Shown piece by piece: positions 1 to 6,780 of a stretch of DNA of 35,874 bases (within the stretch, counting starts at the first letter, position 1; every line of letters begins with the position of its first letter). The notes under the pieces were generated by a model. That model was not told where the DNA came from and searched no databases. It saw nothing but the letters and a program-made list of their open reading frames with translations. Source of the stretch: an uncultured Mollicutes bacterium (lineage in GTDB: Bacteria > Bacillota_I > Bacilli_A > Acholeplasmatales > Anaeroplasmataceae); contig CAMELE010000001.1 in assembly GCA_945923475.1 (NCBI GenBank), forward strand, positions 1 to 35,874, written 5' to 3'. The position numbers and the translations under genes are program-made.

Positions 1-60
1 GGATCAGGATCAGGATCAGGATCAGGATCAGGATCAGGATCAGGATCAGGATCAGGATCA
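1..60. repeat. (GGATCA)x10 perfect hexanucleotide tandem repeat, inside the CDS above
   Basis: Direct reading of positions 1-60. Confidence 0.95.
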
Positions 61-317
61 GTCCGAACAGTGCCCTCATCTCTGTATGCAGTATGCCAAC
101 TACCAGCTGTATAAAACTCTATTAAAGCAACGTAAGAGTATCGTGTATTAGGAGTTAACCCAGTAATTAAAACGAAAGGCGTTCCAGTAGTAGAACTACC
201 TTCATACTCTTCACCATCCAATAGTACACTTATTTTTCTACTAACATTGTCATTGCTTAAGCCAGAACCGGTAAACCTTAAAGTATAGGCAGTTGAAGTA
301 ATGTCTATAGAAGCCAT
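1..317 (-). CDS. 5'-partial structural-like protein with C-proximal (Asp-Pro)n linker; runs off the window start
   Basis: ATG at 315-317 (minus) preceded by AGGAGGAAATTAA RBS. Open frame to position 1. The (GGATCA)10 at 1-60 encodes DPDPDP... in this frame. Confidence 0.55.
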   Translation of the reverse strand, partial: MASIDITSTAYTLRFTGSGLSNDNVSRKISVLLDGEEYEGSSTTGTPFVLITGLTPNTRYSYVALIEFYTAGSWHTAYRDEGTVRTDPDPDPDPDPDPDPDPDPD

Positions 318-835
318 TTAATTTCCTCCTTTTATCTTAAAAATTTCTAAAAGCATTTTTGAATTGCGGTTTTCGGTCCTTGTGCTTGATGCCGGTCGGA
401 CCACATTAACTGCTCCTATTTAAGCAAACAAAAATGCTCTTAAATTTTGTCATCATGTTCTTTTACTCCGCAAACGCTAACCCGCAGGTTGCCTTACGCT
501 TCCTTCCACCATCAAAGAACAATCAAACTCCATTTAAGAGCATTTCCTCGGTTTGTTTTCAGTATTCAATTTGGTTAGATTTAAATAGGAAATCTTACTT
601 ATTCCGCACCGATCAACATTAAAATTAACAATAGTGCCAAATCACCTTTAATATAAATATTCCTTACCTATTCTTAATCACTCTTTCGTTGTGGTTAACG
701 TCTTTTCTTCAGCCTGTTAGGAAAAGAAACCTATCGTTTTAAATAAACAACGCCGTCGCCATCTACGACCTTGCTACTTACTCAGGTACGATAAGCAGTT
801 TTTGCGATTACTATAAAGTATACTGCCAAATACTT

Positions 836-925
836 TGGTCGGAGATGAGGGAATCGAACCCACTCGAGCGACTAAGCGCACCGGTTTTACAGACCGGGGT
901 GTCTACCTTATCACGTTAATCTCCG
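836..925 (-). tRNA. tRNA-Tyr (anticodon GTA), class II with long variable arm, CCA encoded
   Basis: Hand fold of the reverse complement. Acceptor CGGAGAT/ATCTCCG. Anticodon stem CCGGT/ACCGG with loop CTGTAAA. T-arm GTGGG-TTCGATT-CCCTC, then A + CCA. Confidence 0.75.
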
Positions 926-1207
926 AAATATATTTCTTATAATCTTTAATAAAACGCCAATAATCTTCTCGATTTTATTTTGAGGGTTTTAATTAGGTTA
1001 ACCCACAACCTCCGATAGTGTGTCTACTGGACCAAGGAAATACCCGATCGCCGTATTTCGCTCTTTAAAAGATGGACGCTTCTAATCCTACTTCCTATCG
1101 TATAAAAGGACTTATCAATGACTTTTATACATATTGCCTTTATTACCTTTATAAACAAATTAGCATTACCCAGTGCTACCGCGAGGAGGTTTTGTTTTTA
1201 GCACCGC

Positions 1208-1294
1208 AGCCCCGCTGGGATTCGAACCCAGAACGACTCCTTCAAAGGGAAAACGGTTTTAGAGACCGCCGTGTTAACCGTTACACTACGGGGC
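1208..1294 (-). tRNA. amber suppressor tRNA (anticodon CTA, reads UAG); class-II-like long variable arm
   Basis: Reverse complement gives D-arm TAGTGTAACGGTTAACAC, anticodon stem GCGGT/ACCGT, loop CTCTAAA (U33, anticodon CUA, A37), ~20-nt variable region, T-arm CTGGG-TTCGAAT-CCCAG. Acceptor GCCCCGT/GCGGGGC carries a 1-nt register irregularity. Confidence 0.75.
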
Positions 1295-1299
1295 AATAA

Positions 1300-2055
1300 T
1301 TATATTAAATCCCACTCTTCATCAGAATAAGAATTAATATCTCTTTTTGTTGAGGGAAGACTATATCCTCTACACCATTTACGGATAGTGTTATCATTAA
1401 CTCCAAACTTTTTACCTAAAGAAGTAAAAGTCTATCCACGAATTAAATTTTTTAATTCATTTCTATCTGGTCGAGCTACTTTTCTATCTTTTAAATGATT
1501 ACAAGCACTACAACGAATACTTTTGTTATCAGATAATTCTTTTCCACAATCACAACAGTATCGTTTTTTTCTACGGTTATTTCTTAAAGGATAAGTATAT
1601 CCTTCTAATCGACGACTTTTACCGTGATTTATTGTAGAAATAACATCTTGCCCTACATTAAACTATTTTGCTATATTTCCTTGAGAAATATTAGAATTTT
1701 GTAATAAATCATAAATCTCTAATAATTGTTGTTTAGAAATTTTAGACTAACTATTACAATTATTTTGTCCACCAGTTGTTTCATTATAACCATTAAAATA
1801 AGTATCAAATAACTAAATATAATACTTTTCCTTTTGGTCTAATTCTTTTTGAGAACATTCTTCTAAAATCTCCCAAGTAAAACTATCTAATCCATATTTT
1901 CTAAAAGCTCTACATAAAGTTTTTTCATATTCTTCAGAATTAGGATTAAATGCTCTGCTTTTTTCTTTAGTCCATCTATTTTCAATATTGATAGACTATC
2001 CAATATAAGAATGATTATTTACTTTATTTGTAATTTTATAAATTCCACAACTCAT
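1300..2055 (-). CDS. GIY-YIG homing endonuclease (I-TevI-like, C-terminal zinc finger plus HTH), 251 aa, with five in-frame TAG codons
   Basis: Manual minus-strand translation: MSCGIYKITNKVNNHSYIG*SINIENRW...RYCCDCGKELSDNKSIRCSACNHL...GVNDNTIRKWCRGYSLP. One TAG falls in the canonical YIG-Q-S motif. 756 nt, an exact multiple of 3, ends TAA. Absent from the standard-code ORF track. Confidence 0.8.
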
Positions 2056-2142
2056 TAAACTACCTTCTTTCTTTTTCTATTATATATAAAAATTAAAAGA
2101 AGATAATAATAAAGATTCGACCTCGAAATTGAATTTTTTTAT

Positions 2143-2265
2143 TAATTCAACTTACGGAGTTTTCGCTTCATCTTATTAATGAGGCGCTGATTCATAACTT
2201 CACTATGGGAATACAACTTCGCAATGCGATTTTCATAATGCTCTTTAGTGCGATAAATCATAATT
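2143..2265 (-). CDS. small hypothetical protein (40 aa, basic)
   Basis: AAGGAG RBS 8 nt before the ATG. Followed on the minus strand by the inverted repeat TTGAATT...AATTCAA plus T-run, terminator-like, at ~2100-2140. Confidence 0.35.
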
Positions 2266-2390
2266 TTTCTCCTTAAATTGAATTTATGATCCAGAGAGGG
2301 TTATCTGCGTCATCTAGACCCAATTTTTATTCATTATATATTCTTTCAGAGTAGCAAATTCTTAATTAAATATATAACTTAGCAGAACTC

Positions 2391-2490
2391 TGGTGGCACG
2401 GCCGGCTGGACTCGAACCAGCAGATGCAGGAGTCAGGGCTCAAAAGTTGGACTTGCACCAACATTCTCGGTTTTATAGGACCGGAAGCCT
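2391..2490 (-). tRNA. tRNA-like element: T-arm GCTGG-TTCGAGT-CCAGC and acceptor 3' strand + CCA are clear; 5' half not confidently folded (possible Leu-CAA-like loop); may be degenerate
   Basis: Reverse complement ends ...GCTGGTTCGAGTCCAGCCGGCCGTGCCACCA. No complementary 5' acceptor strand found upstream even allowing G-U pairs. Confidence 0.3.
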
Positions 2491-2840
2491 ACTAACAGAA
2501 CTTATATAATACTACTTAACCCCGTCATATTATATAACCCATTTAACTGATTTTGAGAAAGTCCTGTGCCTTACCATTTTGGCGACGGCCGTATAAACAA
2601 GACACCAAAGAATTTCAATCAATTCATTTCATCTATTTGTCGATTAATTCTCTCTTACCCCAAACAGACTACACCTTCAACAGGCAATCAAAAATTATTT
2701 GTAAAACAATATCTCTGTATCTTCTGTTATAGAAAATTCGCAGTTTGTGGTGTCTTTGATATATTTAAGACGCGAACGCCGTGCTCAACCATTACACTAA
2801 TTACAGCTGATTATTGGAATCGAACCAATCCTGCGTTCGG

Positions 2841-2916
2841 TGGTACGGGATGAGGGACTCGAACCCACGACCTCCTGAATGTAAATCAGATGCGCTACCA
2901 GCTGCGCTAATCCCGT
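2841..2916 (-). tRNA. tRNA-Val (anticodon TAC), CCA encoded
   Basis: Acceptor ACGGGAT/ATCCCGT, D-arm GCGC-AGCTGGTA-GCGC, anticodon stem TCTGA/TCAGG with loop TTTACAT, T-arm GTGGG-TTCGAGT-CCCTC (U50-U64), A73 + CCA. Confidence 0.8.
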
Positions 2917-2925
2917 ATAAGCAAC

Positions 2926-3129
2926 TCAATTAATGAAAGTTGCTACAAAATCCTTTTCGAGCATATACATGGGAGCAGAAGCAAAACCGCCATCATCAAT
3001 CTTACAATACAGAATAATATTTTCTGCATTGGGATTGGAAGCACGAGTAATTGCTTTTACAAGCTCCTTATTATCAATGGAATTATAATAGCAACCAAAA
3101 TCAATAGAAGTCTTTTTCATTTTTTTCAA
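2926..3129 (-). CDS. hypothetical protein (67 aa)
   Basis: ORF track. The promoter/leader cassette sits immediately upstream (3130-3190). Confidence 0.6.
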   Translation of the reverse strand: MKKMKKTSIDFGCYYNSIDNKELVKAITRASNPNAENIILYCKIDDGGFASAPMYMLEKDFVATFIN

Positions 3130-3153
3130 TTCCTTTCTTAACTTTCTATATAT

Positions 3154-3182
3154 ATTATATTATATTTTTTATAAAAAATCAA
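3154..3182 (-). promoter_or_regulatory. sigma70-like promoter, minus-strand TTGATT-N17-TATAAT, one copy of the repeated promoter/leader cassette
   Basis: Minus-strand reading: -35 TTGATT (plus aatcaa 3177-3182), 17-nt spacer, -10 TATAAT (plus attata 3154-3159), then leader ATATATAGAAAGTTAAGAAAGGA and the ATG. Confidence 0.6.
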
Positions 3183-3213
3183 AAAAGTTATTTCAAACTA
3201 GACACATTAGAAA

Positions 3214-3290
3214 CATAATTTTAAGTTATGTGCGTTAACCAATTTCGCCAAAACCCCAATTGGAGTTTACAGGATTTGAACCTGTATACC
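3214..3290 (-). tRNA. apparently circularly permuted tRNA-Leu(UAA)-like unit: [variable region + T-arm + acceptor 3' strand + A] - ATT - [acceptor 5' strand + D-arm + anticodon arm]
   Basis: Minus-strand reading GGTAT ACAGG-TTCAAAT-CCTGT AAACTCC A | ATT | GGGGTTT T G GCG-AAATTGGTTAA-CGC A CATAA-CTTAAAA-TTATG. The acceptor halves pair 7/7 with one G-U. Only ~37 nt precede the T-arm and no T-arm follows the anticodon arm, so a normal gene order is impossible. Confidence 0.45.
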
Positions 3291-3322
3291 TTTCTAATGA
3301 AAGAATTGCTGTATGTGTCTTA

Positions 3323-3350
3323 TGGTCCGAGTGAGACGACTTGAACGTCC
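3323..3350 (-). tRNA. orphan tRNA 3' fragment (T-arm GGACG-TTCAAGT-CGTCT + CACTCGG + A + CCA) with no 5' half
   Basis: Only 35 nt separate it from the 3' end of the upstream tRNA-Pro. No complementary 5' acceptor strand found. Confidence 0.35.
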
Positions 3351-3385
3351 GGCTGTCAGTTCAAATCAAACTAAACAGCGCTTCG

Positions 3386-3459
3386 TGGTAGAAGACGTGG
3401 GATTCGAACCCCTATTCAAGCTCCCAAAGCTAGCGTGTTACCATTACACTACATCCTCT
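3386..3459 (-). tRNA. tRNA-Pro (anticodon TGG), CCA encoded
   Basis: D-arm TAGTGTAATGGTAACACG, anticodon stem CTAGC/GCTTG (one mismatch) with loop TTTGGGA (G37). T-arm GGGG-TTCGAAT-CCC. Acceptor pairs with G-U wobbles; +/-1 register ambiguity. Confidence 0.65.
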
Positions 3460-3469
3460 ATATTAAGCC

Positions 3470-3982
3470 TTATTTCAAAGGCTCTAATTTAAACTCTTCG
3501 GTTAAACGATATAAATGTAAAGAAATTTTACGATGACAATTAGGACACAAAATACATAAATTATTTGGATCATTATTGTCATGGTTTTCATCTTTATGAT
3601 GAACTTCTAAAATGCGTTTTTCTTCATCATAGCCGCATACAGCACATTTATGTTCATATAAATCAAAAGCAGTTTGACGATAATTATTTCCTTTAAAAGC
3701 AAAATGATTTTCGCCACTTTTAAATAAGGTATTATTCATACCATTAGCACAACTTCTACTACAATAAACATTTCCAGTAATAGAACGCTTTAATTCTGAA
3801 TTTCTTTTCCAAACTTCTTTTCCACAATTCGCACAATGACATAATGTGCTTCCTTTATGACTGCGACATTCAGATGAACAATAAAATGCTGAATTCTCTT
3901 TTAATTTAGCATTATATCGCTTTAATTCAATCTCATATTCTTTATTACATACTACACATTTCACTTTTACCATTGTCGGCAT
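3470..3982 (-). CDS. HNH homing endonuclease, standard code, about 170 aa
   Basis: ORF track 3470..4045. HNH motif EVHHKDENHDNNDPNNLCILCPNCH plus several CxxC zinc-finger pairs. Start refined to the ATG preceded by AAAGGAG (MPTMVKVKC...); ATGs at 4000 or 4045 are alternatives. Confidence 0.8.
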   Translation of the reverse strand: MPTMVKVKCVVCNKEYEIELKRYNAKLKENSAFYCSSECRSHKGSTLCHCANCGKEVWKRNSELKRSITGNVYCSRSCANGMNNTLFKSGENHFAFKGNNYRQTAFDLYEHKCAVCGYDEEKRILEVHHKDENHDNNDPNNLCILCPNCHRKISLHLYRLTEEFKLEPLK

Positions 3983-4096
3983 ATAACCAACTCCTTTCAT
4001 TATTATATGAAAGTTAGGTAAGAATGATTGTTCTCGAAAGACCAAAATCTGTCCAAAAGATTATGTGAACCCGATCTAGCGATCGAGCGATCGCAA

Positions 4097-4173
4097 TGGT
4101 TGTCTGGGAGGGACTCGAACCCTCGATCTCCCGATTATCAGTCGGACGCTCTAACCAACTGAGCTACCAAACA
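4097..4173 (-). tRNA. tRNA-Ile (anticodon GAT), CCA encoded
   Basis: Acceptor TGTTTGG/CCAGACA, D-arm GCTC-AGTTGGTTA-GAGC, anticodon stem TCCGA/TCGGG with loop CTGATAA, T-arm GAGGG-TTCGAGT-CCCTC. Confidence 0.8.
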
Positions 4174-4380
4174 TTATTTATTTTGAGAAAGAAGTAAAAG
4201 AACTTTTTCATCTTGATAATCCGGAAGACCAATTTCGTAGAAAATTTCTGCGATATAATAATCAGTTCTTCCATCTCTTTTGGACAAATAATTACAAAGA
4301 ATTTCAGCATTTTCTTTGAATTTGAAATCTATGGGAAAATACAAAGGACTATTTTGAATTGCAACACGATAACAAAGCAT
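4174..4380 (-). CDS. hypothetical protein (68 aa)
   Basis: ORF track. AAGGAG RBS upstream of the ATG at 4380. Confidence 0.55.
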   Translation of the reverse strand: MLCYRVAIQNSPLYFPIDFKFKENAEILCNYLSKRDGRTDYYIAEIFYEIGLPDYQDEKVLLLLSQNK

Positions 4381-4397
4381 AGTATTTCTCCTTATTA

Positions 4398-4488
4398 GAA
4401 CAAGACACCATTGATTTACGGCGTTCTACCATTGAACTAATCCCCTATATAGTGGCAGGGGATGAAAGGAATCGAACCTACACTTCCG
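4398..4488 (-). tRNA. second permuted-like tRNA unit: T-arm + acceptor 3' strand ATCCCCT + G + CCA, then CTATAT, then a perfectly complementary acceptor 5' strand AGGGGAT + canonical D-arm. Anticodon arm irregular (6-nt loop)
   Basis: Minus-strand reading ...GTAGG-TTCGATT-CCTTT C ATCCCCT G CCA CTATAT AGGGGAT TA GTTC-AATGGTA-GAAC G CCGTAAATCAATGG.... Too little room upstream of the T-arm for a 5' half. The downstream half runs into the RBS of the 4174..4380 gene. Confidence 0.35.
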
Positions 4489-4575
4489 GCTTGGTATGCA
4501 ATCAAAATTGCTGTTAATGTCTTTAACTTATATATTTATTATATAATATTTTTTTATAAATGTCAAAAAGTTTTA

Positions 4576-5433
4576 TTAAGTAGTTAAAAACGCATTATAA
4601 CCTTTTGATTTTAAATCATTAATTACTTTTATAGCATTTGCTTTGACAGAAAAAGCACCAACTTGAACTTTATAATACTTGCCAATCTTACGAATATAAG
4701 CATTTTTATAACCTGCTCCAATAGTATCAGGTAATGCTTTAATTTTCAATAAGAAAGCGTCAGCATTAGATTTAGATCCAAAAGCACCAAGTTGAACGCG
4801 ATAAATAATTTGCGGTTTAAGGTAAATAGCCACTACATTATCGACAGCGCGATTGCCCCAATCTTTAGTGATACAAGCTCCATTATGAAGAACTTTCGTG
4901 CTACCACCGCCATCAAGGTTAATTGCATAATCAACTTTTAATGCTAAAAGTAAATTCTACATTTCTGTAAATGCCATGCCTGGCTTTTCAATAGCAATTA
5001 AATAAATATTAAATTTATTATATGCTAATACCGTTCTACGAGCTTTATAATTTAACTCTTTGGCATAAGTAATTTGAGTTTTTTTGCCAGCCTTAATTAA
5101 TACTGGATAACCGCTAACAAAATCTTCAAACTTTTCTGTTCCAATTATACCGTATTTCAATTCACCATTAATGATACCAAAGCCTTCTTTATAAGAAGAA
5201 GTGGAATTAATGATTATACCATTATCCATATAATTAAAACAAGTGCTGCCATTATCCATGCTAAAGAAACCACCATTAGTTAAAATAGTAGGTTTAACCG
5301 CGCAACTATCATAGTATTGCTTTAAAGTCTAACGCGGTTGAGCGCATAAGGCCATATCTAACTTACTAATTTCTTCTTTTGGAATTTCAATAATTTTTAC
5401 ATATGAATAATTGCTTGGAGAATATATCTTCAT
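4576..5433 (-). CDS. phosphodiester-glycosidase-like (DUF2233-type) protein with two C-terminal SPOR-like peptidoglycan-binding repeats; 285 aa with two in-frame TAG codons
   Basis: With TAG as sense, track ORFs 4957..5259 and 4576..4833 join upstream sequence into one 858-nt frame. Hallmarks: ILTNGGFF and NLDGGGST (DUF2233-like), YRVQLGAFGSKSNA and YKVQVGAFSVKANA (SPOR-like). ATG at 5433 after AAGGAAGG. Confidence 0.65.
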
Positions 5434-5493
5434 CAAATCACCTTCCTTAATATTTTTAAGGTTTCAATGACTTTTATTAATGAAATATACCCT

Positions 5494-5570
5494 TGGCATC
5501 CCCGGAGCGATTCGAACGCCCGACACAAGGATTAGAAATCCTTTGTTCTATCCAACTGAACTACGGGGAC
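5494..5570 (-). tRNA. tRNA-Arg (anticodon TCT), CCA encoded
   Basis: Acceptor GTCCCCG/CGGGGAT, D-arm GTTC-AGTTGGATA-GAAC, anticodon stem AAGGA/TCCTT with loop TTTCTAA, T-arm GGGCG-TTCGAAT-CGCTC. Confidence 0.8.
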
Positions 5571-5686
5571 AAATTCGCTACAAGACTCTTCATTCTTCTT
5601 AATCCCATATTAAGCGCTTATTGCAAGCAAAAAAGTTGCTGTATGAGTCTTTATTTAGTTAAGAAAGGAAATACCATGATAATGGT

Positions 5687-5775
5687 AGGGCGAGGGAGAC
5701 TCGAACTCTCCATTGAGCGATTTGGCCTGTGAATTAGGCCTTGAACCTAAATCTTCGTAGTACTACCGTTATTTT
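5687..5775 (-). tRNA. tRNA-like element, fold unresolved (alternative T-arms GAGAG-TTCGAGT-CTCCC and TTAGG-TTCAAGG-CCTAA; CCA ends present)
   Basis: Hand folding gives two competing structures. No single canonical cloverleaf could be built. Confidence 0.3.
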
Positions 5776-5842
5776 ACCATTTAAACTACTCACAGATAAG
5801 TCGCCTAGTCTAGCCTTTGACTTACCACCCCAGATCGGCGAG

Positions 5843-6361
5843 TCAAGAAACCCGCGATTTCAACCAATAAACTGACATTCGTTCATTAGGCTGATTTGTC
5901 ATTTCACCTTTTGGCCCTAAGATTTCAGGATAAGGCCAAACATATTCATTAGCAGTCTTTTCATCAGGAAATTCAATTTCTGCATAGCAAAATTTCCCAT
6001 CAACTTCACTAATTTCAATCAAACGATTAGGATTGTAAATATCTTCAACCATGTAATAATCCTTAATAATAGGATTATAACCTTCATGTCGAGTTTTCTT
6101 AATCATTTCATAGAAATCTGAGGAAATTGGCGTTTCAATTTCTTCACGAGAAAGACCATCACCATATTTATAAGTCATCTTATAATCAACTTGATTGGTT
6201 TTAAGATTAATGGCTTTCCGCACTCGAATTTCTTCAAGCACTTTACCATCATTATCAAAGTCAATCATAAGATAGATTTGTTCAATTTTCTTATGACGGA
6301 CACTTTTTTCCTTCATCCAAGAAGGAATATTTTTAATATCAAACTTACGTTCGATTTCCAT
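5843..6361 (-). CDS. CYTH-domain (triphosphate-tunnel metalloenzyme / CyaB-like) protein, 172 aa
   Basis: N-terminal MEIERKF... is the CYTH EXEXK signature. Ends in TGA. Confidence 0.65.
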   Translation of the reverse strand: MEIERKFDIKNIPSWMKEKSVRHKKIEQIYLMIDFDNDGKVLEEIRVRKAINLKTNQVDYKMTYKYGDGLSREEIETPISSDFYEMIKKTRHEGYNPIIKDYYMVEDIYNPNRLIEISEVDGKFCYAEIEFPDEKTANEYVWPYPEILGPKGEMTNQPNERMSVYWLKSRVS

Positions 6362-6500
6362 TTTTATACTCCTTTAACTCTTGGAAATAAGTAAGAATCT
6401 ACTCATTTTTATCAATAATCTCTGGATTATAATTATAATACTTCATAGAAGCAATCTAATCTTTCCATTCAGCGATTAACTAATCTACGGTATAATTCAT
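6345..6500 (-). CDS. small hypothetical protein (51 aa) with three in-frame TAG codons
   Basis: GGTGAAATT then ATG. Continuous only if TAG is sense. Overlaps the CYTH gene start in the +1 frame. Confidence 0.3.
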
Positions 6501-6519
6501 AATTTCACCTACTTACTAT

Positions 6520-6595
6520 TGGGGTGACTGGCGGACTTCGAATCCGCGACATTCTGAGCCACAATCAGACGCTCTACCAACTGAGCTACAGCCAC
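6520..6595 (-). tRNA. tRNA-His (anticodon GTG), C73 + CCA encoded
   Basis: Acceptor GTGGCTG/CAGTCAC, D-arm GCTC-AGTTGGTA-GAGC, anticodon stem TCTGA/TCAGA with loop TTGTGGC, T-arm GCGGA-TTCGAAG-TCCGC. Confidence 0.8.
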
Positions 6596-6596
6596 A

Positions 6597-6684
6597 TGGT
6601 GCTTTTGATGAGACTCGAACTCATATGAACTTTACGTCCACTAGATTCTTAGTCTAGCATGTATACCAATTCCATCACAAAAGC
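6597..6684 (-). tRNA. class II tRNA-Leu (anticodon read as AAG; A34 is unusual), CCA encoded, abuts tRNA-His
   Basis: Acceptor GCTTTTG/CAAAAGC (perfect). Anticodon stem CTAGA/TCTAG with loop CTAAGAA. 16-nt variable arm. T-arm ATGAG-TTCGAGT-CTCAT. Confidence 0.6.
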
Positions 6685-6736
6685 ATTTTCTTATTTTTTA
6701 TATATTTATTATACAATATTTTTTTTATAAAGTCAA

Positions 6737-6780
6737 AAGGGGCCGATGTAAAGTATATTTACTTTACATCGGCCGTCGCG
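6737..6780 (-). terminator. rho-independent terminator hairpin for the AAA+ gene upstream
   Basis: GGCCGATGTAAAGTA-TATT-TACTTTACATCGGCC perfect inverted repeat, followed (minus-strand reading) by a T-rich run and the promoter cassette at ~6690-6735. Confidence 0.6.

Noticed and set aside
961-1070. Possible additional tRNA between tRNA-Tyr and the suppressor tRNA
   Set aside because: The only hairpin, GGGTTAACCC, is a palindrome rather than a T-arm (no TTCRANY loop). No cloverleaf could be built.
1072-1299. Track ORFs that lie over tRNA genes: 1072..1299(+), 2566..2853(+), 5493..5732(+), 10364..10564(-), 10977..11243(+), 11873..12202(+)
   Set aside because: Each is superimposed on one or more well-folding tRNAs or tRNA-like elements, has no RBS or promoter cassette, and shows low-complexity composition. 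Treated as chance ORFs.
3214-4488. Simpler reading of the permuted-like units as two adjacent ordinary tRNA genes
   Set aside because: That requires a full 5' half upstream of each T-arm and a T-arm downstream of each anticodon arm. Neither exists: only 25-37 nt are available upstream, and RBS or motif sequence lies downstream. The observation is kept as a hypothesis rather than dismissed, though recombination remnants remain possible.
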